A stretch of DNA of 40,872 nucleotides from Bacteroidota bacterium (GTDB lineage: Bacteria; Bacteroidota; Ignavibacteria; SZUA-365). Positions 17,780-27,200 of the stretch are shown piece by piece. A program made the translations under genes and the position numbers. How positions within the stretch are numbered: position 1 is the first letter of the stretch; each line of letters opens with the position of its first letter. The DNA lies in the NCBI GenBank assembly GCA_016928515.1, contig JAFGKR010000208.1, positions 1-40,872 on the forward strand, read 5' to 3'. The notes below the pieces were generated by a model. That model had not been told where the DNA came from and searched no databases. It saw nothing but the letters and a program-made list of their open reading frames with translations.

Positions 17780-17808
17780 ATAATAACAAGAATACTACAC
17801 GTTGTCAA
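17780..17808 (-). promoter_or_regulatory. Near-consensus sigma70 promoter of the lipoprotein-LysM operon
   Basis: TTGACA (17808-17803), 17-nt spacer, TATTAT (17785-17780), in an AT-rich intergenic region. Confidence 0.75.
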
Positions 17809-17895
17809 GAAACGAACGCTATAAGTCTCGAAAATAGCCGCCTTTCGCAAGCGGGGAATGGAAAAAACACGAGAAATCCGTAAAACACCGTACGA

Positions 17896-18909
17896 TCAGG
17901 CTGCCTGCAATTCCGGTTCATGCCGCGCATCGCCGGCATAATACTGGAGACTGTGCAGAACGTCTTCCGCCTCGGCGAGCGTTTCCGGCTTCATCAGAAT
18001 ATTGCGCATCTGCCGGCTGTTGGGAACGTACTTCAGATACGCGATGTAATGCTTGCGCATCTCCAGTACCGCACGCCGTTCTCCTTTGATTTCTACGGCC
18101 AGACGAAGATGCCGCAGAGCGGTGTCGATGCGCTCCTGAAAATCCGGCGGCACCGGCATATCGCCTGTACGCAGATATTCCTTCGCTTCGCGGAAGATCC
18201 AGGGATTCGCGATCGCACCGCGTGCGATCATCACCGCGTCGCACCCGGTCACGGAAAAGGCGCGCTTCACGTCTTCCGGCGTCATGATGCCGCCATTGAG
18301 AATGATTGGTATCGAAACCGCTGCGCGGATTTTCGGGATCCACGACCAGTCGGGATCCCCACTGTGCCCCTGCTGACGCGTACGGCAATGCACGGTGAGA
18401 GCACGAACACCGACATCCTCAAGCATCCGTGCCAGTTCCACAATACGGATTTCCGAATCGTCCCACCCGAGGCGTGTCTTGACTGTCACCGGAAGGCGTA
18501 CCTGCTCGACGATGGTTTTCGCCATGCGCACCATGGCGGGCAGATCACGAAGCAGGCCGGCACCGGCACCGCGGGTGGCGACTTTCTTCACCCAACATCC
18601 GGCATTGATATCCAGGATGTCCGGCTTCTGAGTCTCGACGATGGACGCCGCTTCCTGCATGGTGTCAAGATTTCCACCATAAATCTGTATGCCGACAGGC
18701 CGTTCTTCCTCACGGATCAGCATTTTCTGCCGCGTTTTCGTGGGCTTCCTGCTGCGGACGAGCCCGTCGGCATTGACGAATTCAGTGAACACAATATCCG
18801 CACCGAATTCCTTGCAGATCTGACGGAAGGAAAGATCGGTCACATCCTCCATTGGAGCGAGAAGCAATCCGTTCTGAACACCGAGAAGATGAAGAAGATT
18901 CGTTTGCAT
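17896..18909 (-). CDS. dusB: tRNA-dihydrouridine synthase DusB
   Basis: LAPMEDVTD, FTEFV, GIQIYG, DINAGC, PVTVKTRLGWD, VHCRT, NGGI, MIARGAI.NPWIF, EMRKH. Confidence 0.9.
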   Translation of the reverse strand: MQTNLLHLLGVQNGLLLAPMEDVTDLSFRQICKEFGADIVFTEFVNADGLVRSRKPTKTRQKMLIREEERPVGIQIYGGNLDTMQEAASIVETQKPDILDINAGCWVKKVATRGAGAGLLRDLPAMVRMAKTIVEQVRLPVTVKTRLGWDDSEIRIVELARMLEDVGVRALTVHCRTRQQGHSGDPDWSWIPKIRAAVSIPIILNGGIMTPEDVKRAFSVTGCDAVMIARGAIANPWIFREAKEYLRTGDMPVPPDFQERIDTALRHLRLAVEIKGERRAVLEMRKHYIAYLKYVPNSRQMRNILMKPETLAEAEDVLHSLQYYAGDARHEPELQAA

Positions 18910-20057
18910 TAGGAATGTGTTTGGTCTATTGCACGCATATAAGAGTTAACAGTCGCTTCTGCAACACGGTTCCACGAGAACTGCTGAACACGCTGTCGGC
19001 CTTTTTCAATGAGAGTCTCTCTCAACGTACTATTTTCGACAAAACTTTTCAACGTACGCGCAAAGTGATCGGTCTGTTCCGGATCGATGTACAGCACCGC
19101 GTCGCCACCGACTTCCGGAAGGGAGGCACGATCGGAACTCACAACGGGAGTGCCGTGAGCCATGGCATCGAGCAGCGGCAGTCCGAAACCCTCGTAGAGG
19201 GACGGGAAAACCAGGCCCAGTGCATGCGTGTACAGCACGGAAAGATCGTCGCGGCTGATGTAGTCGAGCAGCACGACCCGATCCTGCAATCCCAGCTCCC
19301 GGGCCGTTTCCTCGAAGGGATATCGCGCATCACGCTTGCCGGCCACCGCGAGCTGAATTTCATCGGACAGACCGTCCTGCACGGCCCGCGCGAAAGCTTG
19401 CATCAACAGACCGAGCCCCTTGTATGGATCATGCCGACCGACGTACAGCAGGTACTTGCCAGGAATAAGCCGGTGGTCAGGAACTGCGGTCGCAGGATCA
19501 CCGTTCGGTTGCAGCGTGTTCGCGGCGAAGACGAGATCCACTGTTTCGGGACGCGCACCCAGCAGACGGAGAATGTCCGCGCGACTGCATTCGGAGATCG
19601 TGATCACCCGTGCACTTCTTCGCGCCGCGGTTCGTACCAGAAAACGGTACAGCGGCAGGATACGCACCTTCAGCGCCTTCACCAGATACTCTGGGTGCAC
19701 GAGGGGAATCAAATCGTAGATCGTGCTGACAACCGGCAACGGACAGAGAAAGGGATACATGAAATCGGGACTGTGAAACAGATCGTACTCCCCTTTCCGC
19801 AGCAGACGCGGGAGCCTCCACTGATGACGCAGCCGATAGAAATCACCATCCTGCACCTTCTGCGTCAGACGCACGATGTCGCCTTCACTCTCGACGGCAA
19901 CGATCCCCGACGGGACGTAGAGGTACAGCCTGACCCGATCGGAGCAGTGATCCACCATGGCGCGGAGGAGATGCCAGTTGAATTCTCCGATACCCGACCG
20001 ATGAGGAGTCAGCACATGAGCGTCGAAGACGACACGTATGGGACGCGTTTCAGCCAC
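18909..20057 (-). CDS. Glycosyltransferase family 4
   Basis: SGIG, TIYDLIP, ITISE, LYVGR..PYKG, FPSLYEGFGLPLLDAMA.G.PV, FSW. Overlaps the wecB stop and the dusB start. Confidence 0.9.
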   Translation of the reverse strand: MAETRPIRVVFDAHVLTPHRSGIGEFNWHLLRAMVDHCSDRVRLYLYVPSGIVAVESEGDIVRLTQKVQDGDFYRLRHQWRLPRLLRKGEYDLFHSPDFMYPFLCPLPVVSTIYDLIPLVHPEYLVKALKVRILPLYRFLVRTAARRSARVITISECSRADILRLLGARPETVDLVFAANTLQPNGDPATAVPDHRLIPGKYLLYVGRHDPYKGLGLLMQAFARAVQDGLSDEIQLAVAGKRDARYPFEETARELGLQDRVVLLDYISRDDLSVLYTHALGLVFPSLYEGFGLPLLDAMAHGTPVVSSDRASLPEVGGDAVLYIDPEQTDHFARTLKSFVENSTLRETLIEKGRQRVQQFSWNRVAEATVNSYMRAIDQTHS

Positions 20058-21210
20058 GAAGCCGGTCGCTCAGTATGTCGGCGATCTGTGCACTGGCGGT
20101 TCCGTCACCGTAGGGATTCAATCCGGTCGCCATGGCGGCATATGCCTCCGCATCATCGAGCAACTGACTGACCGTCGCGACGATCCGCTCGCGGTCCGTA
20201 CCGACAAGACGCGCGACACCTGCGGCGATCCCTTCCGGACGTTCGGTGACCTCTCGCATTACCAGGACAGGTTTTCGCAGCGACGGTCCCTCTTCCTGAA
20301 TACCACCGGAATCCGTCAGCAGCAGCACGCTGTTGTCCATGAGCGAAAGCAGCTGCTCGTACCGCACCGGTTCGATCAGGTGGATTCGCGGCTTTCCCTC
20401 CAATAAGCGCTTCACGGCTTCGCGGACGTTTGGATTCGGATGCACGGGATACACGATCTCCACGTCCGGATATCGCAACGTGATATCGTGCAGCGCCTGC
20501 AGCATGGCATCGAACGGTTTGCCGAAACTCTCCCTCCGGTGGGCGGTGACCGTGATGAAACGTCCCTCTCCGTGAAGCAACCGGTCGACAACATCGGATG
20601 CAAGGCCACTTTCTTCGAGCAGAGCCACCCGCTGTGCCTTCTCCCATCGACCCAGCATGTCACGTCCCAGAAGAAGTGCATCGACGACGGTATTGCCCGT
20701 GACGAAAATACTCTCTTCGCTTCGCCCTTCGTGGCGCAGGTTTGCGGCCGCCGTTTCCGTAGGTGCGAAATGGAAGTCGGCCAGGGAAGCGGTGAGAGTG
20801 CGATTCATTTCCTCGGGGAAGGGACTGAAACGGTTGAAGGTCCGTAGCCCGGCCTCCACATGTCCCACGCGGACCTTCTGATAGAAAGCAGCCAGGGATG
20901 ACGCGAACACCGTCGTTGTATCACCCTGCACGAGCAGTACATCGGGCTGCATGTCGGCGAGTACCTGCCGCATCTTCATGAGCACTCCCGCAGTCACATG
21001 CTCCAGCGTCTGGTTGTGTACCATTATGTCGAGATCCACATCCTCCCGGATGCCGAAAAAGTCCGTCACCTGCCGCAGCAGTTCCCTGTGCTGCGAGGTG
21101 AGACAGACGGAAACACGAAAACGATCCGGCAGGGACTGCAGATGCTTGATGACGGGGGCAAGCTTGATGGCTTCGGGACGTGTCCCGAAGGAAAACAATA
21201 CATGGGTCAT
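20050..21210 (-). CDS. wecB: UDP-N-acetylglucosamine 2-epimerase (non-hydrolysing)
   Basis: FGTRPEAIKLAP, QHRE, VQGDTTT, GHVEAGLRT, PFPEE, TGNTVVD, TAHRRES, TDSGGIQEE, TERPEG, NPYGDG. Confidence 0.95.
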   Translation of the reverse strand: MTHVLFSFGTRPEAIKLAPVIKHLQSLPDRFRVSVCLTSQHRELLRQVTDFFGIREDVDLDIMVHNQTLEHVTAGVLMKMRQVLADMQPDVLLVQGDTTTVFASSLAAFYQKVRVGHVEAGLRTFNRFSPFPEEMNRTLTASLADFHFAPTETAAANLRHEGRSEESIFVTGNTVVDALLLGRDMLGRWEKAQRVALLEESGLASDVVDRLLHGEGRFITVTAHRRESFGKPFDAMLQALHDITLRYPDVEIVYPVHPNPNVREAVKRLLEGKPRIHLIEPVRYEQLLSLMDNSVLLLTDSGGIQEEGPSLRKPVLVMREVTERPEGIAAGVARLVGTDRERIVATVSQLLDDAEAYAAMATGLNPYGDGTASAQIADILSDRLRG

Positions 21211-21245
21211 GGGATTCGATCCGGATTCATGGAGCTACAATGAAA

Positions 21246-21390
21246 AGACTGTCCGAAAAGCCCGGAATGATCGTCACCCTGATCCATCGAAGGCGGCAAA
21301 GGTGACGTTGGCCAAACAGTCGTCATGCTTCATCCACCCGAGGCGCAGCAGCATGACCGTGACGAATCGGCGGGACTTATTGGACAGCCT
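21246..21390. repeat. About 145-bp non-coding element with imperfect terminal inverted repeats and two internal palindromes (MITE/REP-like)
   Basis: AGACTGTCCGAAAAGCCC pairs with GGACTTATTGGACAGCCT (14/18). Inner arms: CGTCACC...GGTGACG and GTCATGCT...AGCATGAC. Confidence 0.55.
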
Positions 21391-21402
21391 CTCACACAAG
21401 GC

Positions 21403-21431
21403 AAAGTAGCACTGTGCGCAGTGCGGAGCAA
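21403..21431 (-). promoter_or_regulatory. Possible promoter of wecB-GT4-dusB with a palindromic spacer (or weak terminator of the PrsW-family gene)
   Basis: TTGCTC-17 nt-TACTTT. The spacer contains GCACTG-N4-CAGTGC. Confidence 0.4.
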
Positions 21432-21433
21432 GG

Positions 21434-22393
21434 TCAGTGCAACTGTGCAGCATCGGACTCGCGCTCGTCACGCAGCACATCGTCGATGTCCGCCCGGAGC
21501 TGTTCGATCTCTTCGAGGTAGAATGCACGGTCGACCGGACGGCAGTTCCTGCTCTGGAATTTCCGGAAAGCGAGCCGCGTACTGAGCTGGATGTAACGCT
21601 TGCGATCCACCACCGGTGAAATCCAGCCCAGCAGCTTGCGCTTACTGGTATAGGGGAGATACTGCATGTGTGTGGCCGGGATGAGCCCCAGCTCGGCCTC
21701 CTCGGTAAGCTCGCGGATGATCAGACGGTTTTCGGCCAGCAACGCGAGCTGCATGACACCCATGATCACGATGAGACCGAGAAAAATGAAGACCATGCCC
21801 AGTCCCGCCGCCGCGGGATTGTTGATGCTGACAGAGAAATTCCAGAAGAAGTGGATGAAGATTGCCAGGACAAGACCCAGCAGGCGCAGCGGCCAGCGGG
21901 TAGAGGGTGATCCGAATTTTGTCAGTCCGAAGAAGGCACCGAGAATGCCTGTGGCCATGGCGTGCATGATCACCGTGTAAATCGTGCGCACGACGACAAG
22001 AAATACCCATTCCTCGGGTGTGGTCGCGCCGAGAAAATAGAGGAAGTTTTCCGTCATGCCGAAACCCAGACCGATCGCCATGCCGTAGACCACTCCGTCG
22101 GTGATGTTGTCGAAACGGCGGTCGCGGACTGTCCACAGGAGAAAGACACCTTTCATGATCTCCTCGCTCACCGGCGCGATGAGGATAACATCGAGCGTTT
22201 CCGAAACACCCAGGGAAAGGGACAGAAAAACACTGAACAGGATACCGAAAAAGATGGCACCGAGAGCTCCCCAGGCGAAATTGGCGAGGAGCAGGCTGAT
22301 AGGTTCGCGGTCGTAGCGATCCATCAGCCAGATGCTCCACAAATACAGCAGGACGGGAACGATCGCGAAAACCAGGGACGCAATGGCGAGCAT
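21434..22393 (-). CDS. PrsW-family intramembrane glutamic/metallo-protease
   Basis: DRYDREP, APVSEEIMKG, DGVVYG...GFGMTEN, MHAMATG, IHFFWN; GGAGG SD before ATG 22393. Confidence 0.88.
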   Translation of the reverse strand: MLAIASLVFAIVPVLLYLWSIWLMDRYDREPISLLLANFAWGALGAIFFGILFSVFLSLSLGVSETLDVILIAPVSEEIMKGVFLLWTVRDRRFDNITDGVVYGMAIGLGFGMTENFLYFLGATTPEEWVFLVVVRTIYTVIMHAMATGILGAFFGLTKFGSPSTRWPLRLLGLVLAIFIHFFWNFSVSINNPAAAGLGMVFIFLGLIVIMGVMQLALLAENRLIIRELTEEAELGLIPATHMQYLPYTSKRKLLGWISPVVDRKRYIQLSTRLAFRKFQSRNCRPVDRAFYLEEIEQLRADIDDVLRDERESDAAQLH

Positions 22394-22466
22394 CGGCACC
22401 TCCAGAACGGACCGGGTGCAACCGGTCAGAATGGGACAGTATTATCGCACGGGAATAAGATACGGA

Positions 22467-23795
22467 TCAGGCGCCATTTTTACGACCGTTCCCCTTGTCC
22501 TCGCGGGTGATGCGCACACGCGTCACCCGGCGCTCTTCCGCCTCCAGGACTTCGATGGTCATCTGATCGTGGGAAATACGGTCGCCGGTTTCAGGGATAC
22601 GCCCGAAGAGCGTTGTCACAAAGCCGCCGACCGTATCGTAGTCGTCGCTCTCGGGGATGCTCATATCGGAGAAAGAATTGAAGTCCGAGATGTTCACCAT
22701 CGCCTCGACCTCGATCCCGCCGTCGGGAAGCAGTTCGTAGGGGATATCCTCTTCGTCATATTCATCGCGGATCTCTCCGACGATTTCCTCGAGGATATCT
22801 TCCATGGTGATCAGGCCCTCCGTGCCGCCGAACTCGTCGACGACGATGGCCATGTGCAGCCGTTTCAGCTGGAATTCACGCAGCAGTTCCGAAATGGGCT
22901 TGGTCTCGGGAACGATGAATGCGGGGCGGATGATATCCTGCAGCACAATGAGATTCGGATGCTGGATCAGGCTGATGACATCCTTCGCGTAGATGATGCC
23001 TACGATGCGATCCATCGACTCCTCGAACACCGGCATGCGGGTGAAGCCTTCTTCGAGGAACATCTCGAGAATCTGGTTCGGAGGCATCCCCAGATCCACG
23101 CCGATCATGTCCGTGCGAGGGATCATCACCTCGCGCGCTGTGGTCTCGGTAAACTGGAAAATGCTCTCGATCAGCTCATGCTCGGTTCGGTCAAGCAACC
23201 CGGTTTTGGCACCGTCTTCGAGGATGTCCATCAGATTCTCTTCCGTCGTCACGGCCTCCCGGAAACGTGCCTCTCCCCGCAGCGGATGCAACATGATGTT
23301 CGCCAGAAACGTCAACACTCTGCGCGGGAGTCGCAGCAGACGTATCAGACGGCTGAGACCGGAGGCAACACGCAGGGCGAGTGCATCCGCGAACATTGCT
23401 CCAACGGAGCGTGCGACAAGGTTGACCAGGACCAGGGCGGTTGCCGTCAGTGCGAGTGCGATCAGCACGGAACCAAGAATGCGCAGAATCGGCTCGAGCC
23501 ACGGCTGCACATCCGGACGCAGCAGATGCTCGATCCAGTGCAAAACGTACGGTGTGAGCAGAAAGGCGGGAAAGATGATGAAAAAAAGTACGGCGATCTG
23601 CGTGGCGCCCTGCACGTCCTCGTCCAGATCCTTGAGGGAAAGCGCACGCTGCGCATCGGGATCATCGTGCTCGGCGAGTTGCTCGATTCTGCTGCGGGAA
23701 GCAGAGGCGATGGCGGATTCCGCGAGGGTGACGAAAACCGCCGCCAGGAGGGAGGCAAGAAAAAGGATGCTGTCAAGCACCGGTGACCCGGTCAT
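22467..23795 (-). CDS. CNNM(DUF21)-CBS-CorC/HlyC membrane protein (hemolysin-family Mg/Co transport)
   Basis: AE.A..S N-terminal TM region, AREVMIPRTD, GFTRMPV, HMAIVVDEFGGTEGLITMEDILEEIVGEIRDEYD, YDTVGG. Confidence 0.9.
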   Translation of the reverse strand: MTGSPVLDSILFLASLLAAVFVTLAESAIASASRSRIEQLAEHDDPDAQRALSLKDLDEDVQGATQIAVLFFIIFPAFLLTPYVLHWIEHLLRPDVQPWLEPILRILGSVLIALALTATALVLVNLVARSVGAMFADALALRVASGLSRLIRLLRLPRRVLTFLANIMLHPLRGEARFREAVTTEENLMDILEDGAKTGLLDRTEHELIESIFQFTETTAREVMIPRTDMIGVDLGMPPNQILEMFLEEGFTRMPVFEESMDRIVGIIYAKDVISLIQHPNLIVLQDIIRPAFIVPETKPISELLREFQLKRLHMAIVVDEFGGTEGLITMEDILEEIVGEIRDEYDEEDIPYELLPDGGIEVEAMVNISDFNSFSDMSIPESDDYDTVGGFVTTLFGRIPETGDRISHDQMTIEVLEAEERRVTRVRITREDKGNGRKNGA

Positions 23796-23950
23796 GATGG
23801 TTCGACTCCATCATGTCGTTTGATACACGCCTGACTGCTGCTACTCGGAGGTTCCATATCGATGTTGTACAGGACAATACCGGGCATGGTAACCATGCCT
23901 GCGTGCGCCGTGACCCTGTGTGTCGGACCAGCGGCGCTGTGCCTACACTG

Positions 23951-24205
23951 CTATCCCAGGCTCTGAACGAATTTGGCCAGCTGGGATTTCCTGTGCGCCG
24001 CGTTGTTCAGGTGAATAATGCCCTTGCCCGCGAGACGATCAAGGATTTTCGTTACCTCACGGTACTTCTGCTCTGCGACAGTCTTGTCCTGCGTGTTGCG
24101 CAAATCCTTGATCACGGTTTTCATGCGGGATTTGTTCGCCCGGTTGTACGCGCGCTTCTTCTCCGAAGTGCGCATGCGTTTCTTTGCTGACTTATGCTGA
24201 GGCAT
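23951..24205 (-). CDS. rpsT: 30S ribosomal protein S20
   Basis: MPQHKSAKKRMR...N...KSRMKT.IK...KGIIH.NNAAHRKSQL; AAGGAG SD. Confidence 0.97.
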   Translation of the reverse strand: MPQHKSAKKRMRTSEKKRAYNRANKSRMKTVIKDLRNTQDKTVAEQKYREVTKILDRLAGKGIIHLNNAAHRKSQLAKFVQSLG

Positions 24206-24234
24206 GTTGCTCCTTTCAATAAAATACGAACTTA

Positions 24235-24263
24235 AATATACGCAGGGTTGGAAATGAATGCAA
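24235..24263 (-). promoter_or_regulatory. sigma70-type promoter of rpsT
   Basis: TTGCAT (24263-24258), 17-nt spacer, TATATT (24240-24235). Confidence 0.7.
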
Positions 24264-24277
24264 GAAATCGCTGAATA

Positions 24278-27200
24278 TCAACGCAAAACGGTGATTCGCT
24301 GCAGCATGTGATCACTTTCACTGCGCAGGAGAACGAAATAGCTCCCCACATCCAGGGCTCCTGCATCGAAAATATATTCGTGCCTGCCTGCCGGGAGAAC
24401 GGCATGCAGCAGCACGGTGACTTCCCTCCCCTGCATGTCGGTGACGGAGAGCCGTACCGGGCGTTGCCGGTCCAGTGTGAATGCGAGCGTTGCCCTGCTG
24501 TGGACCGGATTCGGTACGGACGGAGCGAGTGTTATCCCTCCGTCACTGCGGATCAGTCGTCTCCCGTCCGCAAGGCAGTATCCCTCGAGCAAAAAGCGCC
24601 CGGCCTGCATTTCACGCACACGCACGGCAGGATGATCAAAGATGAATGCATCCGGTGTCAGTGCGGTGGCCGTGTCGTTCCCGACGAGAACCAGCAGATC
24701 GACGAACAACAACTCCCGGCCCTCCGCAAGCATCCCGCTGTCCGCGAGCACATGAACTGTTCCCGATGCCTGGTCATAGTCCCAGATCACACGCATTTGC
24801 GCGGAGGCCGATCCGACAGTCGCTGTCCCGAGCGGATACAGCATGCTCGGATTGAAACGCAGCTCTCCGGACCAACGGCGGATACCGAACCCGGACAGAT
24901 CCCGTGACAGCCGCAACGGTACGCGAATAGTGTCGTCCACCGTGCCACGCAATACCGCCGTACTCAGATCGAGGGCCTGCAGATCGCCATCGCCATGAAA
25001 GGAGACCGGGAGGGGCGAACGTACCACACAGGGTGCCGTCGCGTCCAGAAACAGGCTGTCGGTGATTGCGCCCTGGCGGTCAGGCGTGAAGGTCAGCCGC
25101 ACACGCAGACTGTCTCCCGGCGCTATCGCTGCCGGCAGTGGTGGAAGTGTTCCGATGACACGCAGGCGTGTGCCGCCGGGTACCACCTGTTCAACATGAA
25201 CCGCATACTGCGCGCGATTGAAGCCGCTGAATTCCGCCACGGGACTTTCATCACCGACCGGCATGCCCCCGAGAAAGACGGGATCGGGAAATTCGAGTCC
25301 ACCATCTCGCACGAATGCCCGAATCATGGAAGTGAAATCATATGTCTGCCCGTCCACGTGCACACGCACCGAGAGCGTAGCGGTCACCTCTCCCCGGTCT
25401 CCGGGTGCCGGCGTGAAATGCACCGGCAGCGTAACAGTCTCGCTCCAGAGCATCGGGAACGGCAGCGGCGCGTGATCGACGATGAAACGGTCGGCGAAGG
25501 GTCCGAGAAGAGAAATGCTTTCGATCAGAAGATCGGGGTCGGCATACGCCTGCATCGTCACGATGCCGCTGCGGGTTTCGCAGAACGGCAGTTCGCCAAG
25601 ATCGAGATCTGTCTGCGTGAAGAGTCGGACCGCCGTCCCCCGCACGATGATGCGCATGCTGTCGAGACAGGGTTCGAACACCATGTACAGCGTATCCTCG
25701 AAGGGGCCTTCGACCGTCGGACGGAAACTGATGCGGTACGTTTCCGGATGGCGCGGAAGCATGTCCTTCGGAACAGTGGGTCGAAGCAGGGAGTACTCCG
25801 GCGGGGCATGCAGCGCAACGAGTCGAAGGTGGGAGGTACCACTTTGCGAAAGCTGGCCGGTTATGAACACTTCATCACCGACCACCACCGGCCCTGTACC
25901 GCCCTGTTGGTCCGGCGGCGTCACCTGTGTTACGCGAACCCCACGCAGCGGCAGTTCGAGTACCGGCTGTTTCGGCACAGTCGTACTGACAAAGAACGAT
26001 GCCACGATGGGACCGTCGGTTTCAGCTGCCGGTGCAAAACGAACACGGAAACGGCGCTGCTGCCCTCCCTGAAGGGTCTCCACGCCGGTGACCGGATCAA
26101 GCATCGAAAAGGCCGCCGCGCCTGCGCCGCTGATCGTGCTCGACTGCAGTTCGATTGCCGAGTTGCCGGAATTCACAAGGCTCGCGAAAAGAACCTGATC
26201 CTGGCACTGCGCAAGAGAGTCGAAGCGCAGGTCCGGCTCTGCAAAAATGAGATCGCCGTCCACCCCCTGTCCTTCGAGAGCGATGCATATGGTGTCGGAA
26301 CACGGCTGATCGAAATACAGGCAGAGTGCGCCGAACACGCTCCCCACCGAATCGGGAAGGAAGCGGACGTCGATGTCCAGTACATCTCCGGTGTCGAGAG
26401 AAACCGGTTGTGCGAGTTCCGCGAAGAACGGTGGAGCGGGATCGATACCGACGGCAGCCAGATGTAATCCGTGCATGTCACGGTTCCGCACACGCAGGGT
26501 TCGTGTCTGACTCGTGCCGGCGACGACATTCGCGAAGAGCAGCGATGAAGGGGTCATGTCGAGATATGGCTCTGCAGATCGTCCGGTGAGCACGATATCA
26601 GTGATACGCTCACAGTGCCCGATGCGACTGCGCAGCGTCAGCACCGTGCTGTGCATACCGGGAGAGGAGGGCGCGTACAGAAGACGGAGCGCACCCATCC
26701 CTTGTGCGGGTACCTCCACGGGCAGACCGGTCAGAAGCGTGAATGCGGGATCGCCGATCAATACATCGGATATCGTGACCGGTATATCCGCGGTATTGAC
26801 GAGATCCCGGCTGAAAATGATTTCCGTCTTGCAGACGGGAATGTTCCCCGCGTCGATCGTATCGGGAAGCTGAAGCCCGCCGTCGTCTCTGAGCGCATGC
26901 AGCTGGACGACGGTCAGCGCGCCGCTGCTGCCGCGAAGCAACATCTCTCCACGTGTCTCCGTGCCTGCAGGCTTGCGGCTGCAGATGCGGAACAGGGCCG
27001 TGCCGCCCACATCGGTCGACGTGGCCGTATCCGGTGTCACAGAGAAAAATACGGGATTGTTGAGCACGGGCTCGATCGACTCGACTTCGCTGAGCATGTT
27101 TTTCACCAGCAGGGTGTCGCAGATCAGCGTATCGCAGAACAGATGCAGGAAAGACAGGGTATCCGCGTCGACGGCCAAAGCGCGGTCTTCGATCCGCATC

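Noticed and set aside
22467-23795. Hemolysin toxin
   Set aside because: The name is a legacy label; the motifs indicate a CNNM/CorC-type metal-transport protein.
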